DNA of 63,969 nt, counting the filler, from Ionaspis alba (lineage: Eukaryota): the NCBI GenBank assembly GCA_964255285.1. It is 3 parts of 3 records of this genome, joined end to end, with 100 filler letters (N's around TTAATTAATTAA, not from the genome) between each part and the next. Parts side by side here need not be neighbours in the genome. Positions count along the whole stretch, not along the records: positions 1 to 23,890 come from CAXUUL010000178.1; positions 23,991 to 47,880 come from CAXUUL010000179.1; 1 more part is not named here. One strand, given 5' to 3'. The notes below the pieces were generated by a model. The model had not been told where the DNA came from. It saw only the letters and a list, made by a program, of their open reading frames with translations, and ran no database searches. Positions 13,756 through 26,906 of this stretch are shown one piece after another (position 1 is the first letter of the stretch; every line of letters begins with the position of its first letter). The position numbers were made by a program, and so were the translations under genes.

Positions 13756-14913
13756 ATGTCATCTTCTGTCGGAAATGTGCTACTCAACTGGGTGGGGTTT
13801 GTGAAGCTTCCCGCGTCCGCAGATTTCCATGTTCATCTTCGCGATGGAGCCATTATGGAAGCAGTGGTCCCTACGATTCGACAGGGCGGCGTTGATATGG
13901 TATATGTCATGGTATGAAGCCCTCTTCTCCTGAGGTGAACTTGAACTGAGAGCCCTGCACTATAGCCAAATCTCAACCCACCCATTACTTCAGTCGAACA
14001 AGCGTTGAACTACCAAGCCAGACTTCAGGCTCTTGAACCTAATGTTACTTTTCTAATGTCCCTGTATCTTCATCCTTCTATCACTCCCGAGGTTATCAAG
14101 GAGGCCAAAGCTGCCGGTATAAGAGGTGTCAAGTCGTACCCTGCGGGCGTCACTACTAATTCATCATCCGGCGTCGTTGACTATGCTACCTTTTACCCTG
14201 TATTCGCCGAGATGGAGAGGCAGGACCTCGTCCTCAACCTTCACGGGGAATGTCCGTCCAGCAAGGACATCACAGTGCTCAACGCCGAGGAGAGCTTCCT
14301 GCCTACGCTGCTTGACCTCCATTCTCGGTTTCCCAAGCTCCGCATTGTCCTCGAACATTGTACCACTGCTGTGGCAATCGAGGCTGTGAAGTCCTGTGGC
14401 CCTTCCGTTGTAGGAACCATTACGGCACATCATCTCTTCCTCACCGTGGATGACTGGGCTGGCGACTCTTTCAACTATTGCAAACCCGTCGCCAAGACTC
14501 CGGAAGACCGTAAAACTCTGCTTCTGACAGCGGCTTCGGGGAATCCTAAGTTCTTCCTCGGAACCGACAGTGCACCGCATCCTTCTCTGGCAAAGAGAGG
14601 TGGTACCAGTGGGAAAGACAAGCATGCAGCAGGCATTTTCTCGTCTGCATTCGCAACCCAGATAGTGCTCGAAGCTTATGAACAAGGAATCAAGGATGGA
14701 ATCCTGAAGACGGAGAATATCACCTACGCAATCCTGGAGGGCTTCTTAGGGAAACATGGTAGAGCATTCTACAAGGAGCCCCAGAGTAATTCTTTCATCT
14801 CATTTCCCCGCGACCAGACCCAGATTATTCCGGAGATTGTCTTAGGCTCTGAGGGCGTGGAGATAGTGCCTTTTCGTCGGGGTGAGACTGTCAGACAACT
14901 TGAATGGGTCTGA
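13756..14913 (+). CDS. URA4: Dihydroorotase (homodimeric type)
   Basis: Exon 1 DFHVHLRDG, intron about 13912-13965, then KSYPAGVTTNS, LNLHGE, LEHCTT, CKPVAK, FFLGTDSAPH. Confidence 0.95.
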
Positions 14914-16153
14914 AGATGATAATTGCAACATGTGTGAATTTTTGACCTCCGGGCCAAACCGGCGAATCTCCCGCCAGCGGCCCTTCCATGGAAACATCCA
15001 CAGTCTTCAGTAATTGAAAGGCCTATCCATTATTCCGGACATCAGTATGGCCCTGTGACATTGAAGCTCTGGCAAAGCCAAGAATCCCCGGAAAACCGCA
15101 GGCTCTGCTTGCTGGAGGTGCAATGCGTCTACGAATATCAGTACATGTCGGAGGCCTTGTGGAATCCCAGTCGCCATGATGCAGCAGCCTTGGACTTTGT
15201 TCAATTTTCTAAACATCGACCTCTTTCATCATGGCATATGCATCAAATTGACCCAATTTGACAGTCGTGGCTTTCAAGTCATGGTGGTATGAGGTGGCTA
15301 ACCTCTATCACGTGAATTTGCTTCACGGTTAAAGCTGCATGTTGATTGCTTCATCGCTTCCACCTCAACACTGAGTATTCACAGCTGGAGTGAATAGAGT
15401 GAAGCTTTGGCCGGCAATCACTATTTAAACCCCACTTGCTTCCGTCTCCACAAACTTTCTTCCATCCTTCTTACACCTTATTATCGATCACACCCACTTT
15501 CTTCGGACCTCCTCCCACCTTCCACCACTTTATTCAACGATAGAGCATACCAATAACACCTTCATCAGCCTCTCGAACACCCTCGATACCTTGTGAAGCA
15601 TCCCTTAAGAGGAAAACACTATATTAACGGACCACACAATATATCGGACGCTCGACACATTTAAAAAGGTTTGCTTTCGGATACTTTCGCCCGGGCAAAG
15701 TACCTTCGTTTCGTCTCATTAATGTCCCTGAGATACACTTTACTGACATAGGGAAGACCGGACGAGAGCATCCATCCAAGAAGACTCTCCTACAGAGTTC
15801 ATTCGCACGTGTACACCGGTACGTAGAACATTTTCTTGATTGTTCTGCGACTGCACAAGCTTGCCTGCAAGGTTTATGCCCATGGTCTCTACACATATCA
15901 GCACAAAAGTCTGGTCATCTTGAATCTATTCAACACACGAATTACATTGGTGAGTGCCGGTGTTGTACACTCGAAGGAGCCCTTCATACACTTCTCCGTG
16001 GGGAGGGATAACTACTTGAGACACTGTCTATTCGTCGCTTACATTTGAACACTGCATCGATGGTTCTTTGCTCCTGCTTTCGGGAATGCATGTTTCAGGC
16101 CGGAGTACGAACTTGCCCTAATCGCTGACTAGACATTGAATCTCTAGCTGAAA

Positions 16154-18111
16154 ATGACAACTTCCCCAAACATGCCCGCCACACCACGCCCTAGGCACTT
16201 CATTCACAGAAGTGATGGAAGCATTACAGCCCTTATTGCTGTCGATGAGCTCCCTAGCACGTTTCGTCTCGCAGATGTTCCTGCTCAATTGTCTCAGGCA
16301 GAGACCCTGGGAATGACAAGTCTTGGCGTCGAGGAGAGGAGCACCGGGGTCTATGCCGTGATCGACACTGGTTCTTCTTGCGCAAGCGTAATCGCCCCTT
16401 CAGTGCAAACAGGCTCCGACAAGACAGAGTGTCCACCCAACCGTGTTGCTGCTTCTGTCGTGGATGGCTCCTCAGCAAGCATTGCCGACAGCAGTATCAC
16501 TGTTGATCAAAGTGGTAGCCATCCCGCAGCTAATCCAGTCGAAGAGTGGCGGAACTCCATTGGCAAAGTCTCTGAGTCCCAGGTACACGAATAACCCAAC
16601 TCGCCTCCAGAAAGATATTTGATTTGGCTAAACCTTCTTGATAGGTCACGATCGATCCTGCGCTCGCCGGCCAATCGGATAATGGGAACTCCAATACCAC
16701 GAACCAGCGATACAATCCCACCAATCCAGGTATCTTCCGCAGGAAGGTATATTGCACGCATTGGATCCGTACAGGCGAGTGCGACTTCACCCAGCAAGGA
16801 TGTGCTTTCAAGCACATCATGCCCGATCTGGACGTCCTAGCTTCCTTAGGATATCGTGACTTTCCCCGTTGGTTTAGGGAGCAAAACGGAATGCCTGCTC
16901 CAATGCACGATCGACGTACAGCAGCCCATGCACCATTTGCCCGATTCAATCCTCCGCCTGTGCCTGGGTCTATGGCTCCACAAGCTTGGCCAGCCACGGC
17001 ACCTTACGGCCCAACGCCTGTCCCCTCCGCATACCCTAGTGCTGGTGATGGGCGTACCGAGCCACCTCCGGGTGCATCAGGTTTTCCATGGAGCAACACA
17101 CCGCCTACACCAGCTTATGGACGACAGAATCGAGTGTTCTCTCAGTCGAAGAACTGGAGTGTTGCAGGAACTGGCGCAGCATCTCGTGCCAGCACACCCT
17201 TCGGAGGGCAGAGTCAGGTATATCCACCTCGCATGACATATCAACAGTTCATGGCCAATCCCCGCCGATTCCCCACGCCTGTGCCATCAAATGCTGGATC
17301 TCCAGTAGCCGCCCCTGCCGTGAGTCGTCCAGCTCCTCAGTTCAAGTCTGGAAGTGGACAGCCCATTCGTCAGATCCTTACTCGACCGAGTGGACCAGCC
17401 TCTGCGACGCCGACGGTTAGCGGAGCTCCAACCCAAGGGACAACAACCAACCAGGGCACTACCTCCATCACCCACCCTCTGCCTATACGTCCCTCGGTAG
17501 GTCAGACGCCGTCAAAGGACCCTTCGACGACTGGAAAAGAGAAATCTGGCAGCCATGGCCACGGCAAAGCGACTGACAAGCTCAGTGGATATGAGACTCT
17601 CACTCCCCAACCTCACACCCGCTACAATCCATCTGCTGCGACTTACCAGCCGAGACCCACCGTCGCTGCTCCACGAGGTTTGTTCGACGGTGCACCACCG
17701 GCACCTGAAGTGAAGCACACTCGTCGATTCGTCGCTCCGGACACGCTCGTCGAGACCACCAAGGCGGCCAGGATTTCTAGCGACAGCAACGAACAGCAGA
17801 AGGCCGCTGAGTCTGGTGATACAGCTGCGGCTACTCCAGTGACTCCCACGGGACCTCGTGCTGGTAAGGGCGGTAAGAACACTAACTACCATGGTAGCAG
17901 CAGTGCCAATCGCGCACTTGCTAACGTTGCTAACGCTGTTGCTGGTGCGAGCGGCGGCCACCGTGCGCACGGTAACAATGGGCATGGAAATGGCAACGTC
18001 GTTGTTCACCACAGCCGCAAGCACAAGAAGTCGTCGCCTCCTCGTCCCCGTCGTGACAAGGCCGCGAAGGAGGAAGGCGGGATCCTGGTGGATCTCCAGG
18101 AAGCCACTTAG
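16154..18111 (+). CDS. CCCH zinc-finger protein with long Pro/Ser/Thr-rich disordered tail
   Basis: After intron 16583-16644 reads KVYCTHWIRTGECDFTQQGCAFKH (C-x8-C-x6-C-x3-H); N-terminal PRHFIHRSDGSITALIAVDELP block. Confidence 0.8.
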
Positions 18112-18809
18112 GTCTTCTTCATAATATCTTCTTAAATTTCGCGGCAATACAGAACAGTTGCCGCTAGCCTTTGCTTCTTCCTTTCGACTTTGGTGCCAGC
18201 TAGCATTGCCTTTGGTCTGCTCCTTTCATCCACTCCCTACTTTACAAGTGAATTTCTGAGTGAGAGCTCCTGTCCTTCCTCCAAGACATTACTTGCAATA
18301 CCGCGGGATAAGGCTCTTTTGCTTTTCTCTATGTTTAGACTTCTCTGGCACATGCCCCTCACCTTGAGTGCCCTACTACCTGTGCGGTCATCCTACGAGT
18401 CCGCAAAGGCTAAAAATATGAGATGAGAAGGCTGAGCGCACTGCGACAGTGTCTCAGCAACTTATCTATGAACGCCCATACAACATTCTTTGTTGCGACA
18501 GATGAGCGGGGCAATTTTACAGTGTCCCTTTTGACAGTATTTTTGGCGTGCTATTTCCTCTCGTCCCTGTCGTCCCTTGCGATTGGGCAGCTTCGAGCTC
18601 AGACGAAATACATTCTGAATTGTTGGGCAACAGGGACTGAACGACTTGACGATTTTTTTTACAAAGGCTTCAAATGATAGAGACGGTGCTGGCGTTGGGG
18701 CGTTAGATAGCATGCATGGTATGGCAGTTGAATTCCCAGATATCCCTATGCAATGTTCGTGATCGAAACTCGGTTGAACTGTATATACACCCTATCAACA
18801 TCACCCATG

Positions 18810-20033
18810 CTAAGTCCTCACCACCCTCTTCGCGAATCTCGAATTCCCTCCCGACCTTCCCTGTCTTCCGGCCGCTAAAGTCGCTACCTCCTTGTTCGGA
18901 TCCACAACCGGTAACCTCTTCATTGCGGCTTCAATCAGCGCAATCCCATCCACCACTCTTCCCTCCACAACCCTCGCTCTTTCCCTCCGCTCTCTCTTAT
19001 CCCTCTTCTTCTCTAGTACCTTGTCTCTCTCCGCCGTAATTTTCCAACCCTCCGGGAACTCCAACTTCGGCTTCCACTTCACATGTCGGAAATCCACGGG
19101 CACATCTTCCAGGCTATCAGTCCCCTCCTTTGCCTCCGCCATCAGCGTGTCCACCAAATCACCCAGATACCGTTTGTTCTGCGCCTGGGTCTCAAACATC
19201 TCCGAAGACATCTTTACGACGTCTGTCTGCGGATTGTAGCGCACACCGACCAGTTTTACGAGCTTGAGTCGTTGGGCAGGGGTAAGCGGGAGATCTGCAG
19301 TGCAGAATTCGAGGACTACTTTATTGGCGGCGGGGTGTGTTTCGCCCATATAGGTTGTGTAGCGGAAGCGGAGAGGCATGTCAGCGGAGGGTGGCTCGAA
19401 GGGTTTGGCTCGTTCTACAGTAGGCACGAGCTATTAGTACCATAGCTAGACACATCGCAGCAACCTAGAGGAGAAACAGAACGACTTGGGGAAGCTGGAA
19501 AACGTACTGCTCAACAACGGCATCTCCCACGCCGCTATCCTTGCATACTCTCTGATTTCCCTGTGCTGCTCTAGCTCTCCGTGCGCTATAGAACTTATAT
19601 CGTCGCCCTCGAATGTTCCGTCCTCACCAATGTCCTGCTCTTCATCCTCACCCATAGCTATCAATCCTGGTCGGAAGCGCTCTTGTTGCGGTATGACTGC
19701 CGGCGGCGGCGACTCCAGTTCTAGCTCGTGCGCGGCGTCAGAGGCCACATTGGACATTTTGGAGTCAATGGCGGGGGAGTTAAAGTGGTCATGAAGAAGT
19801 TGAGCTTCGCGCTCAAATTCCGTCCGCTCTTCGGGCGAGAGTAAGTCATACTGGGAACGGTCGTCGGCGTCGAGGACGGTGTAGGCGGGTGAGGACTTGA
19901 AGTCATTGCCGAGGATACTGGTGGTGTGGAATGAGGAGATCGGTGCAAAAATGGTTCTGTGTGGTCGCCGAGGCCGTATTCGATATGTGCTTCTTAGAGC
20001 TGTAACGCTCAGTCTATTCAACGTGGATGCCAT
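18810..20033 (-). CDS. RSM24: Mitochondrial small ribosomal subunit protein mS35/Rsm24
   Basis: HGELEQHREIREYARIAAWEMPLL, PLRFRYTTYMGETHPAANKVV, FETQAQNKRYLGDL, DVPVDFRH; presequence-like N-terminus; one intron. Confidence 0.92.
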
Positions 20034-20191
20034 GGCTGTTGATGGCAATAGAATCTATTATCTCCGAGTCGCGGCTTCGAATTGTTCGATTTGGCCCGTG
20101 CATGCCAAGCAAATTTTGAGCTTCGACTTTCACGGGGCTCCTGCTCTCCTCCTAGGTGACAGCTGCAGAGCAGCGATGCCACAATGCCACG

Positions 20192-20902
20192 ATGACCACA
20201 GTCACTGGTAGAGCTAAGAAGCTTTGCTTTGTCACAATTGGAGCCACCGCGTCTTTTGATTCACTCATCGAAGCTATACTTACTCCAGCATTTCTAATAG
20301 CGTTACAATCTGCCAATTATACCGACTTGCTTCTGCAGTATGGGAAGGAAGGAGAGAGAATATTGCAAGCTTTTACCAACACACAAGGCAAAGATGGCAA
20401 GAAGGTCTACGGGCTCGAAATTAGGGGCTTCGCATTCAATAAGAACGGTCTCGGAAAGGAAATGAGAGCTGCGAAAGGAGGGGACAATTCATTAGAAGGG
20501 GTAGTGATCAGTCATGCAGGTACTCGTCCTGATTGGAGTCACCATACTTCATCTAATCAACAGTTATTCACAGGTTCGGGATCTATTCTAGATGCTCTGC
20601 GTATCTCAGTTCCTCTGATAGTGGTCCCCAATACCGCTCTTTTGGATAACCACCAGGAAGAGCTAGCTGAGGAGTTGGCGGCTCAGGGCTATGTGGTTCA
20701 TGGCAGATTGGAGTATGTCTTCAACCTTATCATGAGCGCTGTACGTGGCTGATACGACCTTAGTAATTTGCCTGCTGCCATTGAAGAATCCGAAGCTTTG
20801 AGAGTGAAGCGAAAGACTTGGCCACCAGTCAATAGTGGACACGATCCGTCCGAAAGGGGGCTTGCTGGTATTATGGACGATGAGATGGGCTTTGTTGATT
20901 GA
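20192..20902 (+). CDS. ALG13: UDP-GlcNAc transferase catalytic subunit Alg13 (GT28 C-terminal)
   Basis: CFVTIGATASFDSL, VISHAG(intron)SGSILDALR, VVPNTALLDNHQEELA; 2 introns; stop TGA 20900-20902. Confidence 0.92.
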
Positions 20903-20972
20903 GGGTCTCCTACACTCAAGGACCCGCTAGACGGTAATGAGAGCAAAATCACTTTCTCATTATTGCTGAAGT

Positions 20973-23393
20973 TCATGGTGTACTGTTTGTACCAAGTGGC
21001 CCTCGCAAAGATGGTGCTCGCTGACCGAGTTCACCAAAGCTAGACCGCGGTGACCGTGGAGACCCAGGAGAACGTGGATGCGTCTCAGTGGGAGACATCA
21101 GTCGCTGTAGATCAAAGGCCCACTCGTTCCCATCCTTGCTCTTCCCAAGCAATTCTGTTTCTTCGCCACCATGAGCCCATGAATCACTCCTAGTTGGTGC
21201 CTTGCCCTCGATAATGGTGGGAATGCTTGACAATCTCCTTTTGTGCGCTTTCGTCTCGCTCATCCACACCAGACTCCGCCTGGCTCTATCACCGGACGTT
21301 TTCTTACCCATGACGCGAAGCCATGTGATCTTCACGACCTCGATTACCCAGTCTGGGATCTCGCGAAAGTAGCATGTGTACTTTTTGAAACGCCGAGTCC
21401 GCATCAGTCCCCTCCCTGCACTCTCAAAGTCTTCCGTGCTCAGGTGACTCTGGGTGCACCACTCAGTGACAATGAAGGCGAAGGAGATGACCATAATACA
21501 GCCAGATAGTCCAGTCCCGAAACCCCAGTAATAACCTACTCCTGCATCGCGATAAAACTCGATGTCTTGGAAGTCCATATAGCCGCCGATACTCCCCCAA
21601 ATGCTTGCCATACAGTCACAATTTCGGTATGATCCAAAAGTCTGAGCAAACACGATGTAAGTGAGCCAGATGGAGTTGCAGACCTCTAACGGGCGGAGAA
21701 GGAGAACCTCGATCCTGTCCCGGACTGTTTTCTTCTGCCACCATGACAGCATCTTCTTCACGCGAGATCGGCCTAGGAGAGTCCAGGTATTGGAAGGCGT
21801 CCTCGATAGTCGTCGCTCGACATTGGTCGCTATCCGTATAAGTGTATCGTCATCCGATGTTGACCCCTCAGGAACAAGCCACCAGACAAGCATCTCCAAT
21901 ACAAATGTCCCGAGGGCTATCACGGTAAAGACAAGATAGCCTCCACTCCTGCACCCCAAACCTACTGTGGGCGTAGAGTACGATAGGATGAAAGCTCCTG
22001 CGACGCAGCCAACCACGACAGTCATGGCACTCATGATCTGCCAGATCTCTCTGAAGTCGAACCAGCGTAAGCCGCTGAGTTTTTCAGGACCTTTCACGAG
22101 TTTGGTCCGTGCCTTTTCTGCATCCCTAAGCCAGTCACGACCGTATTCAGCTACAAAGCTGTCCTCAATCCCAGCTAAGATAGGATGGGCTACACCATAG
22201 TGCCAACGCACCCTGCCCTGACCGGCAAACCTATAGAAAATGTAAGAACAACCGAGGGTGATGGCACTAGTGGCCAGAGCACCAGTTGGATAGGCTCCCT
22301 AAGCTTACCTTATAAAGAAGTCTTCTCGAAAGTATTCTTCATTGTTGAGGACCTTCGTCCACGCAAAGTCACTGGGTCGCCTTCCAATCTCTTTGATATA
22401 TGTATTGCGCAGGCCTGGGTTCAGCAGGGCACTTCTCACGGAATCTAGTAATCGGTTAAGCTTGATTCTCGTAGCTTCGACAGCAATAGGATTGCGGTCC
22501 ACGATGCTACACAAGATTAGGACCGGCAACCAGGCAAGGAGGAGACCGAGTGCCAGATTGTGCGCTGTTGCGTTGGAGCCGAGTTGTCCAAAAGCTTTAG
22601 AGCGCCACCGGTGAGCGAATCTACTGTTGAGAGTGTGTGAAGACCACCTACCAGCTTGGATCGAGACCACCAACGAGAACAAGAACCACATGAGGGATAT
22701 AAAAACAGGCACCACGCCACGCTTTCGTTGCTCACGGATCGTCTTTGCAAGCTTTCGGCGCCGCTTCACAAGGTTTCGAGTGTCATCTTCTACTACCAGC
22801 AATTGCAAGCTGTCGCTGAAGAGAGCAATACGAAGCAATCTTTCTGCTTCCTCAGCGGGCATCTTCCGCTTGATCGTATACTGATTCATGACATTGAGAA
22901 GATAGAAGGAGTCTCTGATCCCCTCGAATTCAGAGTCATCGTCGGGAACATCCTCGTATCTTGTAGACTGTCTAAGCGTTAATGGTCGTTCTCATGAATC
23001 ATGGGTCGTATTTACCATGTCGACCATCAGTGCGCACTTGGCCGATATCTTGATAGCCCAGAACATATAGGACAGTGATGCAATTGGCGAGCCAACCCAC
23101 CGAGCCATTGCATAAAGTGTTCGGAAAAAGGCATTACTCTCGTAGGGGGCCTGCAGAAGCAGACCGATAAGTGGTAGAACCCAAGTGGAAATGGTAGCGG
23201 AGGCGGTCGCCCAGGGGTAGTAGTCATTGCCAGTACCGCAAATTGCTCGACAACCATCCAAGGTTATGAGAGCAGAGGGAAGTGAGGTGTCGCGCAAGAT
23301 GCCATACACTGTGCCATTATATGTGTACTTGTCCAGTACATCCTGAGTTACATTGTTGTTGAAATAGGCAGCGCACGCCGTGAAATTGGGCAT
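20973..23393 (-). CDS. Uncharacterised multi-pass membrane protein (about 4 exons)
   Basis: Consecutive minus-strand ORFs joined by GT-AG introns; many hydrophobic segments (TWVLPLIGLLLQAP, LMWFLFSLVVSI, LALGLLLAWLPVLIL, GLGCRSGGYL). Confidence 0.75.
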
Positions 23394-23890
23394 GTCGTTC
23401 CTGGAATTGAATACACTCTAGAACCCGGATATATCTGGTTGTCCTAGGCACAGAAGAGCCTCACATCTCAAAGGGTCTAGAACAGATTAGTCCATAAATG
23501 GAGATTTCGACGGGAACGCGTCGACCTGAAGGTTTGAAAAGGCAAAAATACATGAAGGATAATGAAGAGAAATGAGGTGAGATCAGCGCATTAGGGTAGT
23601 ATTCTAGACACGAGATATAGCTAAGATCGCGTGTAAGTGTCACGCAGCAGCAGTGAAATGCCCTAGATCCATTTACTTATAGGCAAAAGTTGTGAGCGTC
23701 GGGTACATTTTGAAGTTGCATCGGTGCTTCCGCCATCAGGGCCTAAGATCATCAACGCAGATGTGCATAGGTATAAGTGACTCAATAATGCATTAGCAAT
23801 ATTGGTAGCCTTTCAGCCGCATATTACAAGCGTTCGCCCTCAGTCGCCATTGCGCCCGTGTTTATGGGCTTCTCTGGGCATTTTGCTGGG

Positions 23891-23990
23891 NNNNNNNNNN
23901 NNNNNNNNNNNNNNNNNNNNNNNNNNNNNNNNNNTTAATTAATTAANNNNNNNNNNNNNNNNNNNNNNNNNNNNNNNNNNNNNNNNNNNN
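23891..23990. other. Artificial contig-joining spacer (N-TTAATTAATTAA-N)
   Basis: Palindromic 12-mer with stops in all six frames embedded in Ns. Confidence 0.97.
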
Positions 23991-24080
23991 TTTTCGTTTC
24001 CCTGCTTTCGACAAAGAAATCCGAAGTAAGCCATCAGCATTGCCAGCATCGTGCAATATATGCCTTCGTGCCCTTTTTTG

Positions 24081-25208
24081 CTAAAAACTGTCAAGTGCGT
24101 GATCTACGCCATCCTGATCTACCGAGGAAGGCTCTGGTTTCTTCATCGCATCGATGCCCAACTTTCCCGATGGAATAGTCCTTGCAGGCAGGTGCCAGTA
24201 ATCATACCGACCATTCCTGAGCACTCGTCCAAGACTTGTTCGATGACCTTCCGGTAGCACTCGTTCGGGAATTGGGATATTTTGTGGATAGTCACCGAAT
24301 AGACTTGGCCAAGGCATGGGTGCATGATCCATCCTTTTATTGTCCCTTTCCAAACCTTCAGCAAACCTTGCATCGAATCCCAACCAGTAATCTTCACGAT
24401 TACGGTGGCCGGGAACAACACCATTACACCACAGGCAGACGCGGACTGCCCAAGCCTTCGAGACTGTTCCTTTGCAATTGTGTCCCGCACATTTCCACAT
24501 TTTGTCCTCCCATCGCAGAAGATGTTCTTCTCGACATTCCAAGCAGAGCGATCCATCCTTTGGAGTACATTCACATCGGCTCATCTTGTGGTAATTAAGT
24601 GGTGGGCCGTATGGGCCATAGCGGAGCCGGTCCTTGTGAGGGTTTCCAGACTCGAAGCAGGTTTCGCACAAATGACGGTTTCTATTGTCGAACGTGTTTC
24701 CATTCCTAGAGAACGAGGACCTAACGACGCAGGCCTCACAGACCGGCATGGAGCATATACGACAATTCTTGACAGCTTTGCCTCTCTTATGGAAGGGCTC
24801 TGAGCATTCGAGCTGGCTTATCGACTTTAAACGCTTCCAAAGCTCTGTCTGGTGCCATCCGATACGGAGAGTTGGGCGGACTATTTCGTATTCATTATCT
24901 TCTGTTGTGCTGTTAAGGGTGGATATAGTATCACTGTCTGTGAAGCACGTCGACTCGCTGTCGGCAGGGCACAGAGTTTGTGTTTCTGAGATGGATTGAG
25001 AATCTTCCTCCAGTGAGTAGTTGGGCATGCCGTATACTGGAGGAAAGCCATGAAGGGCAGCGCGATAGCTAGTATTCACCCTGGACATGCTCAAGAGACT
25101 TCCGAATGGAAGTAGCCTAGCCAATCTCTCGACCAAGTGCGGGAGAGTAACGATGTCTAAGAGGGTAAAACCATGTCTGTGGCGTTGATCATGTTCTATC
25201 ATCTCCAT
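24081..25208 (-). CDS. Hypothetical protein with F-box-like N-terminus and Cys-rich (Zn-binding) C-terminal region
   Basis: 375-aa intronless ORF; LLDIVTLPHLVERLARLLPFGSLLSMSRVN resembles an F-box; CRICSMPVCEAC, LCETC, CEC..LCLEC, CAGHNC, CLWC. Confidence 0.65.
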   Translation of the reverse strand: MEMIEHDQRHRHGFTLLDIVTLPHLVERLARLLPFGSLLSMSRVNTSYRAALHGFPPVYGMPNYSLEEDSQSISETQTLCPADSESTCFTDSDTISTLNSTTEDNEYEIVRPTLRIGWHQTELWKRLKSISQLECSEPFHKRGKAVKNCRICSMPVCEACVVRSSFSRNGNTFDNRNRHLCETCFESGNPHKDRLRYGPYGPPLNYHKMSRCECTPKDGSLCLECREEHLLRWEDKMWKCAGHNCKGTVSKAWAVRVCLWCNGVVPGHRNREDYWLGFDARFAEGLERDNKRMDHAPMPWPSLFGDYPQNIPIPERVLPEGHRTSLGRVLRNGRYDYWHLPARTIPSGKLGIDAMKKPEPSSVDQDGVDHALDSF

Positions 25209-25567
25209 TATGCTCGAATGAAATAGTCAGATGAAAATCACGTAGAATTAGGGTTCCGAATTACCCCGCAAGGACGGTTCGAACTTGTCCCATGGACAGG
25301 CAGAGCGTAAGAAAATTCTTGCTTGCTCTCAAAGATGGTACTTACTGCGGAACAGGAAATATACACCCGCCATGAGGCTGTGAGGCTGAGCCTGAGCATA
25401 CTCCCTCTGATCGTGTAATCAGTTTGTGCCGCCCCCACATGCGATTGGTCTCCACTTCTAAACGTGCGGAATCTATCAGCCCTAACAACATATTCCATCA
25501 CTGGTTCCATCCAACGGCCGCCCAAATATATTCACACAAGTGATCATCTAGTCAACCACCACCGAAA

Positions 25568-26681
25568 ATGGCCCAGAAGTGTGTCCACAAAGGATGCGGC
25601 AAGAAATTCACGGATCCCGACGAAGACTGCATATACCATCCAGGCCCGCCCATCTTTCACGAAGGGCAGAAAGGTGTTCGCGCGCCCTTTCCTACCTCCA
25701 CGTGTTTCTGTCAATACCTCTGCTAACACTATCTACGACCAGGCTGGAAATGCTGCAAACCTCGTGTCCTGACTTTTGACGAATTCCTCTCAATCCCTCC
25801 CTGCACAACAGGTAGACATTCCATTATCGACGACACTCCCGCCCCTGCGCCCACACCTACCAGTGACCAGACCATTCCAGCTCCCGTCCCCAGGCGCGTC
25901 GCAGTCTCTACTACCTCTTCCGCTCCCGAGACCCCACAATCAAGCACTCCAACCCCACAACCTGAGCCCGAGCCGGAGACTGACACCGACGATCCCTCCC
26001 TCACCATCCCTCCGAACAGCACCTGCCGACGTCGCGCATGCGGTTTCACAACCCCCAACACGCCATCGTCACGCGAAGGCGAAAATTGCATACATCACCC
26101 AGGACACCCGATTTTTCACGAGGGAAGTAAAGGTTGGACCTGCTGTAAACGGAGAGTGCTAGAGTTCGACGAGTTTATGCGGATCGAGGGATGTCGGACG
26201 AAAGATAAACATTTGTTTGTAGGGAGCGGGAAGAAGGGGAAGAAGGGAGCGGAGGAGAGACTGGAGAGTGTGAGGTGAGTGATTGTGCTCGTCTCGACGG
26301 GTTTGGGCACGACGGAACCGCAGTGGCGAGTGGTGTTGGCCAAGCGAAGACGCTAATTTGAGCAGACATGATTTCTATCAGACTCCTACAACGGTGCATG
26401 CGTCCCTTTACTTGAAGAAGATCTTAAAGGCGGATGCGAAGATTAGCTTTTCGTCGCCAACGTCCGTGGAGCTTGATTTGCCGACTAGCGATCAGAAAAG
26501 ATATAAGAATACTATGCCACTGTTTGGACCTGTGGATACGGAGAAGTCGACATGGAAGATTATGGGGACAAAACTGGAATTCACTTTTGTCAAGGCGGAT
26601 GGGCAGAGTTGGCCGGTGCTAAGGGCTGATGAGAGGAGAACAGGGAATATTATCCAGGTCGGGCAGGCAGGGCTGGCATGA
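25568..26681 (+). CDS. CHORD- and CS-domain protein (CHP1/RAR1-like Hsp90 co-chaperone), 2 introns
   Basis: MAQKCVHKGCGK..CIYHPGPPIFHEGQKGWKCCKPRVLTFDEF; second CHORD CRRRACG..HHPG.PIFHEGSKGWTCCKRRVLEF; CS domain DFYQT..IMGTKLEF..KADG.SWP. Confidence 0.92.
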
Positions 26682-26906
26682 CAAGCTGGGGCCAATAGGC
26701 TAGACAGAAAGCATCGAATATACAGCAATAGACTACTGGCAGCTGCACAGAACTGCTCAGACCCATTGGATTGCTATATTCCAATAGAATTTGACGCCTG
26801 ACTCGTGACGCTGGATCGAAGCTGGCCTTTTTAGCTGGATCTTCCATGAATTGGATATCTTGTTCCTGTCCACCCACGTGCCGCCTAACCATTGTATAAA
26901 GCCCCT

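Noticed and set aside
26679..26801. Stop-codon readthrough (TGA-C) of the CHORD gene to a cryptic PTS1
   Set aside because: The extension ends ..IEFDA*, not a PTS1, and the context is not TGA CTA.
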